Source: Octopus sinensis
Taxonomy: Eukaryota
Reading direction: 5' to 3'
DNA: 64,000 bases
Assembly: GCF_006345805.1 (NCBI RefSeq)
Contig: NC_043005.1
Coordinates: 46,314,001 to 46,378,000 of the forward strand
Below, piece by piece: positions 40,610-54,603 of this stretch (positions are counted from its first letter, which is position 1; every line of letters starts with the position of its first letter). Below the pieces are notes generated by a model. That model was not told where the DNA came from. It did not search any database and worked only from the letters and a program-made list of their open reading frames with translations. A program made the position numbers and the translations under genes.

Positions 40610-41303
40610 CGTGGGTGTAATCAATACACAAGAAAAATTGAAACTGACCTGAATTGTGATCATAAAAACAATGATTTTACTGACCAGTCTGTAATGAGCA
40701 GACCATGTTTTCTGACATCTGGCTTGAAAGTACTTATTCAAAGTCATGGTGTGGGTGTAATGGAAAAGATTAACTGTTTACAAAGCTGCAAATCATTGTC
40801 ATTCCATCAGGTTATCGAAAAGTGAATAAGACGAAAACCAATGAATGCTAGATTCATTAGTTGGTCGTTTCTTCCATTTACGTTGTAAAATCAAGCCAAA
40901 GCAAATAAGTATCGATCTACAGGAATTTCTTGAAGGTAAGAGATATCACCTATCGTGAGTTAACGTTTCTGTTATTTTTCAGATCTGTTTATCTAAACGA
41001 ACAATATTCGATAAACGTTTAACGAGTTATTAGGTCACTGTTGGAAAAATATCAACCTGGCCGATTCCATTTCTGTAAATCTGTGGTTCTCATATAAAAT
41101 TTTGTTCTTAAAGTTTACATGCAATAAACAGGTTATATTTCTACAATGTAGAAAATAGTTAAACTGTTTTAATACAGTTCCTAATAAAATGTAATCATAA
41201 AAATATAATAGGAGTTTTTAGACAGCGAATGTCTCTGAGGGTCCTCTACGTGTAAAATGTGAACCAAAGGGGTCAATAGGAAAACAATGGTTGAGAACCA
41301 CTG
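40610..41303 (+). mobile_element. Possible hAT (Charlie/Buster-like) 3' relic
   Basis: Ends in GTTGAGAACCACTG, the reverse of a CAGTGGTTCTCAAC-type TIR; internal coding not cleanly readable. Confidence 0.4.
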
Positions 41304-41799
41304 CTCTAAAGACTATTGAGCAATTGAATGCAGTCAGATATATCAGGTACCAAACAATGAAGGAAAATTATTGAACAAAGACACGAAAGTATATCGCAGA
41401 CTATGATCACTGGAAAAGTTACTTCAGATCTCACACAACACTGGCTGTATCATCGCTCTATTTTTCTTTCATTAATTTACACAATTATCGGACTATAATT
41501 TACATTCCAATTTTCTTATTACATTTAGCAACTGCCATTACATTACTCTTTGGCAGAGACGGCGAAACTATTTAGTCCGGTATACCGAATCTTCTTTAAT
41601 AATCCCGTTATTGGATAGTCACATGTAATACAAATTTTAGCTTCTATATGATTTTTTATAACATGATATCACCTATTTTTTAAAATCGGATTCCATCGCG
41701 TCTTACCTAAAAACTATGGTGATTATCATTGTTAATGTATATGTAACGTTTCACTATCACCGCTCTTTAGTTTTGTATTATCACTGTATTCACTAGATT

Positions 41800-42170
41800 A
41801 TCCGATGATGTTATACACCACTTGTCACATTGTGCTTCCAAATTCTGTCCTGATTGCATTATTCTTTTCTATCTTGACCCAAATTGCTTAACTAAATCGT
41901 ATTCCCATCGTTGTAGAAGCCTTCCTTCCAAGTGGCCTTTTTCGATTTCTTGGATACAACTCGGCAAATTCATGAGTCCATCCGTTTTCTGTGAACCCTA
42001 TGACATGTTCGGCCCAGCGGAACTTGAGCTTACAGTATTCTGCGATCACATAGTTCATTCTACTCCGTTCTCGGATTATCTCACGGCGAATATATTCCTA
42101 GCATGGATCTTTCCACGGTCCTTTGCGTCGTATCTAATCGATGTTCTATGCTCTTCATATCATAGTTATC
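41800..42170 (-). mobile_element. RTE-clade LINE 3' coding fragment
   Basis: QRTVERSMLG...IRERS...KFRWAEHV....GWT.....YPRNRKRPLGR...RWEYD. Confidence 0.85.
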
Positions 42171-42189
42171 ATTCTTTATATCATCTAAG

Positions 42190-42392
42190 ACGGCGAGCTG
42201 GAGAATCATTGGCGCGCAGGCGAAAAATGCTTAACGGCATTACGTTCAGAGTTCAAATTCCGTCGACGTCGACTTTACCTTTCATCCGTTCGTGGTTGAT
42301 AAAATAAATACTAGTTGAATACTAAGATTGATGTAATCGACGTATACTCTTTCTCAATACTGCTGGCCTTGTGCCGATATTTGAAACCATTA
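42190..42392 (+). mobile_element. SINE family A
   Basis: Match to 1739-1953. Confidence 0.85.
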
Positions 42393-45300
42393 TTTATCTC
42401 ATCTAGTTACCCTTTTCTTCTCCCTTAACCATCGCATACTAGAGATTAATTCACTTGTTTATTCCATTATATATTACAATAACTTGTTCATTACTTACAT
42501 TCCGCTGAGTTCCTGGGTTCATTATCATTACACATTAATTGCATCAATTGCCTACCGTTGAGAATTACGATGCAGTCATTCGATTTGCTTGACGCGGCAG
42601 TTAAACTTCCTTAAAATCATACCTTATAGTGTCAGAAAGGAAGGATACGTTTTATAATGTAGTTATAGAGCCGCTCATTATACGTAAATGAAAGGAGTCG
42701 GTGATCAAAGCATGAACGTCAAACAGGCTTCGTCTGGAGCTAAACAACATCGTCAGTACACTTAATGTCTCTTTCAGTGAAGGCTTCTTGCCATCACACT
42801 AGTGGCTCTCAAATTTTTTGAGTTCATGGTACATTGGACACTCACACATATCGAAACAGGAGACTGGAAAAAATCTTGTACTATAAACATGTAGCTTCCA
42901 TTAGCTAATGAAACGTGTAAAGGTGAATAAATAATACCTGTTTTGATATATATAATTGCGCAGCAAACGATATTTCCAGAATTTTCAACTCTTGTGAGTA
43001 CCTCACATAAATATGATATCTACATACGGAATTGAAATATTAGAATAAGCAGATCTGCTTCAGGAGGACACAGCTTGGATGTTTAGCTATACTTACAGTA
43101 TATATATATATACGTATATATATTTAATATTTTGGACTAATGGCTATATGTCGATTAGTGTGTTGAAGTATTTAGTAGAGCGCTGTCACAGTTTGGGCTT
43201 CCTGGTGTCATCTGTAGATGGGGTGTCTTTCCGTTGGATGTACTTCAGGAACTCTGCAGTGTTAGTTGAGATAGTTGCTCAGATTGCTTTCAATTTTGGT
43301 GTATCGATGCAACTCTGAATTTTGAATAGGATCAACCAATTACTTTATCTCGTAAATTAAAGAATCTGCTGTTATTTGGAATTAAAGTTGGGAAATTTGG
43401 GTAATTTTAGCAAATCAACAGACAGCGAGGAACTAACAGCTTGTTACCATGACAACGCATGTTGTGATGAGTTGTCTTAATAAAAATTTATATTTATCAA
43501 TTAGAATTTTATTATAGATATTTTTCGTCAATTGTCTCAATATTTTACATATTTTTCATATATAGCAAAAGTTGTTTGCAATGTTTATAGTTTCTTCACA
43601 TTATGAAGGTGAATGGAATATGTGAACTTAATACACAACCACACACCTACACTTTAAGCACAGCACTGACAAAGCATCGGTGACTCATTGACTCAGTATT
43701 GCCAAGCTTCAGCGACTCATTGACTCAGATAGCTGAATTTATGATTTCACAAGGTTAATTCTATTCATAAACATTTAAATTAGGAGTATTTCTTAAACCG
43801 CTAACTTCATATTTCATCAGCTTCACTGAAATTTAGCCCACGGATACCGTGGAACAGAGAAACTGTGGGTGATACAGGTAATTTAACAATATTTTTGAAT
43901 TCCACATACAAAAACATATACGATACAGTATTTTTTTTGTTGGGACAAATTCTTTGTTGACCAGTGTTATTCTTGTCATAGTTTACAAATCCAAGCATAA
44001 AAACGTTACTCAACTTTGGAGTATGTTACTCAACATGTATGGATGCATAAATATACATATAAACTTATATATAAATACATACCTCCACATACAGTTATAT
44101 ATTAATGTACACAAAGACATGACAGATATGCCTTATACAGAAATACGCATAGAGTAAACACATGCAGACAAACATATCAATACAACAAATTAGATAAAAT
44201 AATTAAAAATGCAAAACACTAGAGAAATCAAGGAAGAGACAAAAGAAACATGTTGATTTTATTAGGCGTTATTTAGAAACCTACAATGAACAGGTCATTT
44301 CACAGACGCTAAACTATAAATTTCACAGGGTACAACCCTAAAGTTGAGACCGATAAACGCAGAAAATTTCTGTTTCACTATTGGCTAAACATACGCAGTT
44401 TTTTTTTTAAGCTTCTGTAACCTTTCCCTCCAATGTTGATGAAGACTTCGCCTAGCAAATTATTTATTTGCTAAAATATGTCAGAAACCATGGTCCAGGA
44501 GATAGATGGAAAACCTTTTTTATTTTTCATTCCCTTCGAAGTTTTATCCCTAATAGCGGTTTGGACTTTGGCTGTTCCTTCTAGCGTGCCAGGAATCCTA
44601 TGACGGATACCTCTTATGTGTTTAAATGTACACTGTGTTTATATGAATAATATATAGTGTATTGACTAATTTTTCTACACGCTAGGCCACTAGTAATAAA
44701 AATTTCTAAAATCTTTATTACCCTGATATTATTTATTATACACTCACACACACACATGCATATATCCAAACACACACACACACACACACACATACACGCA
44801 CGTATATATATATATACTCACACATACATGCGCGACCCACATACATGCACATACCTGCGCGTACGCATACACGCACTAACCCCCCCCCCACACACACACA
44901 GACACACATGTATACGTATATCTACACAGGCACACACGCACACATATACATACAAATTCCAGCATCCCGTTTACATCTATACATCTCTGCTGCCTCGTTA
45001 GTTTTTCGAGTAGTAACTATTTGTTGACATATTTTATTAGTATACAGCAGCGTTGTAAGGTTACATATCTGAGCACATATAAACATCAATATCTGCACAC
45101 AAGTGTAAAGATATAGAAAGGCATATTTTTGCCTCTTTAGATAATTCATCCATTACGTTAATTTAGAGGCTATGATCCAGTATCTTTTAGTTTTTGCATA
45201 TCTTAGTGACTCACAGTTGCGCTCCAAATGTATCATGTAGGAACATTTATAAATATAACTGTGTCTGAGCATAATCAACGCAGTAAAGCAAATTTTTTGT

Positions 45301-45479
45301 CTCTTCAGTTAACCAGTCTATTACGTGTTTTGAAAAAGGCTATACTCTAGTTACTTACTGTTGCGTTCTGCAAGTGTCCTATACGAATGTACCTAAATAC
45401 ATGTAGCGTTCACATCTGATCCTTTCTTAGTATAAGCTCCATGGTTGCAGTTCATGATGTTTTCACTCAGTGGTGGTAG

Positions 45480-46190
45480 GATGGAGGTGGTTATCCGAGT
45501 TGTCTGGATTATAGTTTATATCGGTTAGGTGCAGTTTGCATTGTTCTGGGTGAACATGTGTCTAGTCGTATGCATGCATCTGGGCAGTCGTTCAGGAAAT
45601 CAGTCTACTTATAATCTGCTCTTTAAGTCAACAATATTGAAAGAGATTCTTCGGAACATGGCTGGGATTTCCGGGATAGTGTGTTATAAGGACTCACGTG
45701 TCAATTTATCGATCAGGTCAGGTCATTCTTTATCTTCTCTTCCTTGAGTCGCCAAACGATATCGGTCAATGATGTTGCGTGCCGTTTAAGGATTTTTCGG
45801 AAACTAGCGATGTGGTTTCTGTATCTGATTTTGAAAATATCATCCAATGCACCGATATATACGTACGGATCTCTTCTAGTATTTACGGTGCACTTGTACA
45901 CCACATTTCGGGTCTTTCATTGGTCACTCAGAGGACATTTCGAACGGTCCCTGCATGAGCATTGTCAGTCTTTTTGTTTGCTTGTGTACATTCGTGCTCG
46001 TGGTTACCCTATTATTATTTTTATTATTTCTGAGTGTCTTTGCGTTGTTGTTTTTAGTTGTTGTGGCTACGATATGTTGGTTGGCTAGCAAAGTTGTTGC
46101 AGTTGTTTTTTTCTCTGTTGGTTAGTGTTTTTCTTCGGGTCATTGTTCCTGTGATGCGTTATGTGGTTGATATTTGCACTCGATGTACCT
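45480..46190 (-). mobile_element. Penelope-like GIY-YIG fragment of a second lineage (CxC-x5-CPL linker)
   Basis: CSCRDRSKCPLSDQ*KTRNVVYKCTV..YVYIG....FKIRYRNHIASF.....TSLTDIVWRLK. Confidence 0.8.
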
Positions 46191-46222
46191 GATGAGACCC
46201 AATCTGTAAAATGAATCCCACC

Positions 46223-46266
<44 letters not shown>

Positions 46267-46589
46267 TATTATTATTATTATTATGTGTGTTCGTGTGTGT
46301 GTGTGTGAAATGACTGTCAGACTTGGTATAGAAATTTAAAAAGAATTTTCTTCTTTTTGAAATGTAGAAATTAGTAAAGGATTGCTTTGTTAAATAAATC
46401 ATATTTTTATATAACAAAATTACCAATACCACGATCTTCCTTTTCAAGTTGACCAAACCTTAGTTTGAATTATCTAACACGTTAGATTATTATACGCTTG
46501 AAGATCGGCAACGCCTCTCGATACCACTTGTAGCGATACCACTTTTGAGAACCTTTAACAGATGCTAACTAATTGAAAGTTACCCATTA

Positions 46590-47113
46590 CTGATTAAAAA
46601 AATATTGGGACTGGTGCTATTAAAAGAAAACTACAACACATACCAATTCGGCATTTAATCTCCTTCGATGTAGTCCTCTTCTGAAGCTACACCATGTATC
46701 CAGTGTCGTTTCCACTGATGGAAGCATTCCTGGAACTCCTTTTTTGGGGAGAGCGAGCAGCTGCCTCGTTGCATTCTCTTGGACTTTCTCGATGTCTCGA
46801 AATCTTCTTCCGTTCAATTGGGATTTGATTTTAGCCATAGACCCATGGTTCGTCACCTGTTATGACAGTTTTCGTCCTTCTCAACACAATCAAGGAGATA
46901 CTGCGCAGCTGAAAACCGATCATCTTTCTGAGAGGCCCACCTCAACACGCTTTACTTTCAAGCACTGTTATAAACAACGGAAGCGAGCAAAGACGCTTTT
47001 AGTGTGTATATGCGACAGAGCTCAAGGTCAGTCTGTGCCAAACAACTTCACTCTACGTACTTTAGCCCTATTGCCATAACAACTGTCTCGATACTTTTTG
47101 ATCAGACCTCGTA
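46590..47113 (-). mobile_element. Internally deleted mariner element with both ends
   Basis: TA-CGAGGTCTGATCAAAAAGTATCGAGACAG end and degenerate inverted partner CTGATTAAAAAAATATTGGGACTG; ITGDEPWVYG joined to KIKSQLNGRRFRDIEKVQENAT. Confidence 0.85.
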
Positions 47114-47269
47114 TATTTAAAACAAGTATATATATCATAGTAAAATATATGGCGTTTGGAATATGTTTTCTCAGATAAAAATACATTGGATATTTGTCAA
47201 AGATTGTACAATAGAATTTGTTTGCTTTTGTCTATTATTTATATTTATTTCAATTATGATCCTACAACC

Positions 47270-47413
47270 ATACTGGGGCGCCGCCTTGAAGAATATTCAG
47301 CGAAGGAGTCGAACCGAGTATTTATATTTAAAAAAATCTGGTGCTTGTTCAAGCGGTTCTCTTTTGCTGAACCGCTAGTATCGGAGACAAACGCACCAAG
47401 TGGTTGCGGTGGA

Positions 47414-47456
<43 letters not shown>

Positions 47457-47555
47457 ACACACACTATTATAGAAGGCACTTGCCGAAGGTGTCATGCAGT
47501 GGGACTGAAGCCGTATAAATGTGACTGAGATGCAAATTTCTTACCACACAGCCCC
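47270..47555 (-). mobile_element. Diverged SINE family B
   Basis: CACTTGCCGAAGGTGTCATGCAGTGGGACTGAA and GCTGAACCGCTAG blocks. Confidence 0.75.
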
Positions 47556-47689
47556 ACTTTGCTGAAAGAATCTGTTAATAGAATCTGTTTACTAGTAGAA
47601 GTTCTTAACAATCTTTGTTATATGAGACCGAAATTAATGCATTCCTTATTCCATTTCTAGTCGTAGAAGCCTTATATAACTATTCAACA

Positions 47690-48030
47690 CGAGGCAGTCT
47701 AAGTATATCAAAGTGCTATAAACATTACTTATCACGTGATCATGTGATCGGGAAGACTATCGGATTTGTTATATATCTCCGGTCACAATGCACTTTGTAT
47801 CGTTTTAGCTTTCGAAAGATGCCACCCCGCTGGCAAGGCGATAAGGCCAACATGCCCCTTGATCGGAAGGGTATTCCGTTGCAGCACTACTCGTTTACAG
47901 CTGACTGGACTGGAGTAACGTGAAATCTAGTATTTTTTGCTTGAGAACACAATGCACCGCTTGTTCCGTGAATCGAACCATCGATCGGTTGAGCGTGAGT
48001 GCAACACCTTAACCAATAAGCCACGCACCT
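47690..48030 (-). mobile_element. SINE family C-related copy
   Basis: Minus-strand GTGGCTTATTGGTTAAGGTGTTG head, GGTTCGATTC B-box, TGTGTTCTCAAGCAAAAAATACT. Confidence 0.75.
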
Positions 48031-48979
48031 TTGCATAAACATTACATATACTTTCACAAATTGAAAATCTGTTCAGGAGAAATCATTTTGAAAATAAGCA
48101 ATTGTGAGTCTTGCCAGTAATGTTTTCTAATAATTATGACAGGGAAATCTTTATTTCTTCGCGGATTTCTTTGACAAAAGTAATTGCTTTGATGTTTGTT
48201 CTGCACACGGAAATTGCTTTGATTCCTCTGTCAGTCAGCTACTTTGCGCTGATGTAGTGCTAGCTGCTTCTTACTGGTTGATGTGGTTGTTAACACCTCC
48301 TTACTTGTCACTACGAGGGGTAAACTGATGCAAGCGACCATGTGGAAACAGTTCTGTGCAGCTAAGAACATGCTGCTTAATACATATAGAACACCAACAA
48401 TGTCAGATGCAGCACTCTCGTCACATACATAATCTTGTATCTTTCTGCCTTTTGTGAAATTCACCGGTTGGCATATCAAGCACGTAGCATTTATGGTTGA
48501 ATACTCAGGCTGAAAGCAAGCTACCAGTGAACGGTTTATAGAGTACATATGAAGTAAAATAAAAATGACTTAGTGGGAACTAATTCGATGCGTTTCATCT
48601 TGCTTAAGTTGACCATTGCAATCAATTTAACTCATGAGTTACTGCCAACTCTTCTGCTTCTGTTCTTCTCCCACCCCCCGTGACTATAATCGTTAGTTCA
48701 GACTCAAAACAACTGACTATAGCACCGCGTCTTGTCAGCTTTAATAACCATGACTTGATTAGTAAATTTTAATGTATCTGTTTCCTGATCATGCAACCTT
48801 CCAGTAGTGATATTAAACGAAAGAGAGCAAAATATATAATGATAAATGCAAATGAAGTGTATACAGTACATTACGTAGCAAAGTTAGACAAACACAAATC
48901 AGACTTACTCAGAACATGCATAAAAAGAGCATTAATTTATATGAAATAGATAATAGTATTACGCAAATTGGATACAAAG

Positions 48980-49337
48980 ATGCTGTTGGCACTCCGTCGG
49001 TTACGACGATGAGGGTTCCAGTTGATTCGATCAAATTAACATGCAAGTGGCTGAGCACTCCACAGACATGTGTACCCTTAATGTATTTCTAGGGGAGATT
49101 CAGCGTGACACAGAGGGTGGTCCTTTGAAATACAGGTACAACAGAAACAGCAAGAAAGAGTGAGAGAAAGTTGTGGTTGGTGAAAGAGTACAGCAGGGTT
49201 CACCACCATCCCCTGCCGGAACCTCGAGGAACTTTAGGTGTTTTCGCTCAATAAACACTCACAACGCCCGGTCTGGGAATAGAAACCACGATCCTACGAC
49301 CGCGAGTCCGCTGCCCTAACCACTGGGCCATTGCGCC
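48980..49337 (-). mobile_element. SINE family D, full head
   Basis: Minus-strand GGCGCAATGGCCCAGTGGTTAGGGCAGCGGACTCGCGG tRNA-like head. Confidence 0.88.
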
Positions 49338-49569
49338 CCCACAAAGATATTGATTTCTTATTTAGGTCGAGCCAAATTCATGGCTAAAGGAATTAAAACT
49401 GAGTGACGTTGCTAAAGGCCCTTAAAAATTCAAAGCGCGCTAGTTTTAAGAGAGTTAAACTAACTCATTGACGTGGGTCAATCGCTACGCCACAGCATTA
49501 CCAATACTGCTTGATCTCTTTAGGACCATCTGGGAGAATCCCACCATTCCATATAACTAATAGAAGAGC

Positions 49570-49790
49570 ATCTCTAGAAAAATAACAGACAGAATCTTTG
49601 ATAATTAGTGTGGTATCGTATTCCTTCCTGTCTCTAGCAAAGTTTTCCGGAAAGTTCTTCTCGAACGGATTGAATTAACAATAGGGGCTGAAGAATGGTA
49701 GAATATATATCATGCTTTGAGTGGATTATCTTATTGTACGTAAATCCCACAGACGTTCGAAAGGCTTTTAACAACAGTACGTAGCTTAGC
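49570..49790 (+). mobile_element. RTE-like RT relic
   Basis: DN*CGIVFLPVSSKVFRKVLLERI (approximates NWRGI.LL...KVF..VL.ERI), then DVRKAF (approximates DFEKAF). Confidence 0.55.
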
Positions 49791-50212
49791 TAGGGATGAG
49801 GGCGGTCCTCTTCGAGTGACACTCATATGGAAGAGGCACTTTTGGGTCGGCTGTATAAGCTTTGAACCAGGGATGATAAACTCAAGGCTGCACTAGGTAG
49901 CACACAGCTACGCCACTGTTGAACAGTGCAGAGGGAGACCCTCTGGAAAATTTTTAAATCCTCTGAAATTCTTTAGAGTTACGGGACTCTTATAGCTATA
50001 TCCAATTCGAATGCTCTGTGATCACTGGTACTGTGTGTTTGGCTTTCATCGAAATCTGCTGTATGACAGGGTCATATCAACTGAAATACTCTCTTCCTAG
50101 TTATCATCAACTCGATCGTGAGTAAGACAACATTAAGACATCCGAAATATCTTCCATCCTAAGTTGTCTTACACTGTTCGTAACTCTTACTTAGAATGAA
50201 TTTTCAAAGGCA

Positions 50213-50410
50213 TAGGCGTGGCTGCGCGGAAAGAAGTTTGCTTCCGAACCATATAATTCTAGGTTCAGTCCCACTGCGACTCGGTGAAGGAGACCGGTAG
50301 AATAAGTACCAGGTTTAATAATAAGTACTGGGATCATTCGTTCGAGTAAATTTTCTTCAAAGTAGTGCTCTAACATGGCCGCAGTCTAATAACTGACACA
50401 AGTAAAGAGG
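50213..50410 (+). mobile_element. Internally deleted SINE family B
   Basis: Head joined directly to GAGACC.GTAGAATAAGTAC...CATGGCCGCAGTC tail. Confidence 0.8.
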
Positions 50411-50499
50411 AAAAATAGAACTTAAAAAGCAATGTTTTTTGACCCTTCTAAGACTAAAGTACAAAAGTTAAAAAAGAACTTTGCAAATATAGCTCTGTT

Positions 50500-52600
50500 A
50501 GTTATTTGCAATTGCAATATATATAATATTTTCTCTATTGGTCACTGAAGTTGTGAAGAATTGTTTGATTATAATTCATTTGAGCCGTGAAACACACGGT
50601 TTTGTTTAAAGATCCAAACTCAATAACCATTTTGGAACCATCTAACCATGAAGCTTTGAGCGTAGAGATAGGATTCTTGCGTTAAACAAAAAGGAAGAGT
50701 TATTATCAAACTATTGTCGTTGACGATATTTGGGGATTTTTATCATTCCAAGCGAGAATTGTCTTCTGTAATAAATCTTTAATTTATAGAAGATATTGTA
50801 TTTTATTAAGACCAAAGTCCTTCTATATTTTATTGTGATAAAAGCTCAACTCAGTCTAATGAGTGAAATAAAGAAGTGTCAAGTTCAAAATAAATTTTCA
50901 TTAATCTATCCTCCAGTAGGTGCTTGCCTATTTTCTTTGAGTTACGTTACAGTGCTATCCCAATTCTGAATGTATGCCTCCAAATTCCCTTTAGTTGCTA
51001 GGATACTCTAAAATTAGGCTATCCATCGATGGGATAAATGACAATCTCCTCAACCGGATTAAAGGAAATATTCATTACATGAAAACAACTTGTCGGTAAT
51101 AAGGGCCTTGTGTTAACGTGGATATAAATATGTTGGATTCTGGTCTATATTTAGTCTTTTCCATGTGTTATCGTATACATCTAACAACTAGAATCTGAAG
51201 TAGAGATGAATATTTCTGCTATTCTCTGGATTTTTGTTATCGGCCTGATTATCTCTCTGTTGTAGTTTCTGACACTATTATCTGATACTGTATTTTTAGC
51301 AGTTTCTTCTGACTGTTATTAAATAAAGGAGGCAAACCTTCGTTTAGAAGAACTCAGTGAAAATCTGCAAGTGTAATTATATCTGATTGTATATCTAATA
51401 CTTTCCAGCTTTGCTTCTAATTTTGGTTAATAAATTAATTCTGATTTTTCATCTGTTTGAATCTATTCTGGTAGTTCATTGATTATTTCCGATTTTCATG
51501 CATTTTATTTCACTAAATCTATTCTTCCAGCATGTTTATAACAAATGTTTATAACAATATAACTCTCTTTGTTGAAGGATGTCCGAACGATTTGAATCTG
51601 AGCTCAAACTAACCTGGTCTATTTCTAAGATTTGCACCAAACATAACTGTAGAATAGATAAAAGAAATGGATTATTGCAGATCATCTTCTTTCAACGTCT
51701 TTCTATCGAGTATCAAACAATTATTACACTTGTAATAGAGTCTAGCTTTTGTTGAATACTGTACTCTTTCAGAGTTGTTAATGTCGACTAATTAACAACT
51801 ATGCTATCTTGCTGATGCAAACCTTCAACGGTGATATATTTGACATTGCCAACCTTTCGCCGAATCTTCAAGTCTTTAGGTTAGTATTTAGTAGTTGATC
51901 TGCTTCTTCATTCAGTCACATTGCTACATATCTAGTTGGTTTATTGCTTTTCTGAAGCTATTTATTGCATATGGCAAGATAGTTTGTGTCACTAAATTCT
52001 TGTAATCTCGCTTTCTCATTCTTCATCATTCTTTGACATTAACTACCATACGTAGCTGGAGTAACTTATCCACTGCTTTCCTTCGTAGCCGTTTCCAACC
52101 CAACACATAGTGCTAAGTTATTTCTATGGCGATGAAGTCTTAAACAACGTGTCATACAACTGACCACACAAACTAGGCATTCTGCCAGAAAAATAATAGA
52201 TAATTTTTTTTCCACTTCAGTTGGAGCTTGACCATTTATTTATATCGAATTTTCCTTAATATTATTTATTTTCTCCTGGAATTTGATCGAAATTTATTAA
52301 AAAGGCAGAAGAAAAGCAACTATATTCGAAGATAAGGCTTGTTATTTATCCCCCGCCACGTGAATTTCTTATATTGTGTTATTCTTTGGGAAATAAATAT
52401 TGAATATATTAGGTCTATTTTGGACGCCTTCGGTGAACAAAATTGTATAAAACTTCATCAGTGGCACCATATTTCCTGAAGCTTTGCCAGAAGTCATTGG
52501 TTCTTCTTTAGAATATTCAATTCTCGTCTTCAAATTGGTTATTTATGATTTGAATTTTTCCAGGCGAAGCCTAGAAATCTACAAGTTCATACTACGCTCA
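50500..52600 (-). mobile_element. Possible ancient LINE (L1/Tx1-like) relic
   Basis: A-rich minus strand without microsatellites; faint NRP and FPL...LSP-like remnants only. Confidence 0.25.
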
Positions 52601-52688
52601 TAATTCGTTGCTTTTCAAAATATTCTCTCCGATTCGCGCTTTGTACATAGCTCTATAGTGTACGTGTGTGTGTTTGTGTCTATATGGG

Positions 52689-52725
<37 letters not shown>

Positions 52726-53354
52726 ATTTGGAATTAAGAGGCAATCAAATATATTAAGTTTCGTTTAAATCTTCTGCTTATCTGTTTCTTTAATTTTCTC
52801 TCTTTTTGATCTTATTTTTACATTTCCATAGTCCTCTTTTCTTCTTCTTCCATACAAACATACACACACACATAATTTTTTTCTTTCTCACTTACATATA
52901 CACACTCTCTGAAATACAAACACAAACAATCACAAACATATATAGATGCAAAGCAATGCATTTCTTTCCCTTTCTTTCTCTCGCACACTCTCTCTTATCT
53001 CACCTTCTCTCTTTCGCTCTCTCGTTCATATTATTTTCTTTCTCTTTAATGTTTTACAGTCAGATTGTCTTTAAAACTTCTTTTGCTTTTTCCGTCATCA
53101 TAATCTTTCTCATATTCTTTCTCTGTTCTTTCTTCCACAGACACACTTTAACTCTCTCTCTCCCTGTTTCTCTATCTCTTGTGTCTTTTTTCTCTCCCAC
53201 TGATTATTTCCATCTTCCTTCTTTTCAGTTCATCTCTTTCAATCTGCTGCATCTCTCTGTGCACCTCTCCCGCTTTCTTCCCTTCTCTTAAACCTTCTTT
53301 CTGTCTTACTCTACTCTGCTTTTCTCTTTTTTATATAAATTCCTACCCATCTCA

Positions 53355-53399
<45 letters not shown>

Positions 53400-54159
53400 T
53401 ATCTCTCTCTCTCAACCCTGCTTTCACTTTCATTCTTCACTTCTTTTTATTCTTACTGTTATCACTAGTCCTAAACATTTTTGCAAAGCTCGGCTTCTGT
53501 GATGTGTGATAAATTCTGTTTTGTATGAAGGCAAAATTCCTCAATGAAATCCATCCCACTCACAGTTTCGACGTCTTTTGAGAACGCTGCTCTTGTTTTA
53601 AGTCTTTAAGCCGTTAATGCGACAAAAGCCGATAAAAATATTCCATAATTTACTGCAACATACACATACAAATGCACACACATACACATACGCACACATA
53701 CATATACATACACATATATGTACACACACAAACGTATGTATGCACAAATGAAAAAGAACAAAAAAATAAACTAAAAGATAAAGACAAATATAAACAATAT
53801 GACTAATCCAAAATTTGCTGAATGAAAGAAATTGTAAGTTGATTATTACTTTAATACTATCAAGTATTGTCTGAAAAGAAATGGTTATTCCGTATTAGAA
53901 GATGTTATAAAACATTAAAGTTGTAACCTGGATTACTATTTTTCTTCTCCGATTTGGGCTTCTCTGAAGATCACATCGGTGTTTTTGTAAAGAGGTTTTT
54001 ATCACTTTTATCTCGATCTCAATCAATTTTCTTCTGTTCAGAAAAATCGATAAATTATTGATGGTAGAATAAGTTAGAAATCCGGAAGAAGGAAAAAACA
54101 AAAAAAAAATATATAAAAGAAAAAAAAACACAATCCAAAATGCCTTGTTATGTTTAGTT

Positions 54160-54603
54160 ACCTGCTTTTACGTTCTGGGTTCAAATCTCCTTGCTGTTCA
54201 TGTATTTCATCCTTCGTTACCGCGCCGAGCAAAATGCTTAACGGCATTTCGTCTGTCCTTACGGTCTGAGTTCAAATTCCGCCGGGATCGACTTTGCCTT
54301 TCATCCTTTAGGGTCGATAAAATAGGCACCACTTGAGCACTGGGGGTCGATGCTATTGACTATTCCCCTCCCAAAATTTCAGGCCTTTTACTTATTGTAG
54401 AAAGGATTGTGCCTATGCAGGGTGAAATTCTTAGCGCCATTTCGTCTGTTTACAAGTTCTGAGTTCAAATTCCGCCGTGGTCGACTTTGTCTTTCATCCT
54501 TTCGGGATTGATAAATTAAGTACCAGTGAAACACTGGGGTCTATGTAATCGACTAGTCCCCTCCCACCAAATTTCAGGCATTGTGCCTGTAGTAGAAAGG
54601 TTT
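54160..54603 (+). mobile_element. Three tandem/partial SINE family A units
   Basis: Repeated GTTCTGAGTTCAAATTCCGCCG body with GTAGAAAGG tail. Confidence 0.85.

Noticed and set aside
46186-46222. CTGATGA next to the GIY-YIG fragment
   Set aside because: No downstream stem II/GAAA; truncated or chance
48231-48548. 105-aa ORF, possibly piggyBac-like C-terminus
   Set aside because: Similarity too faint to support
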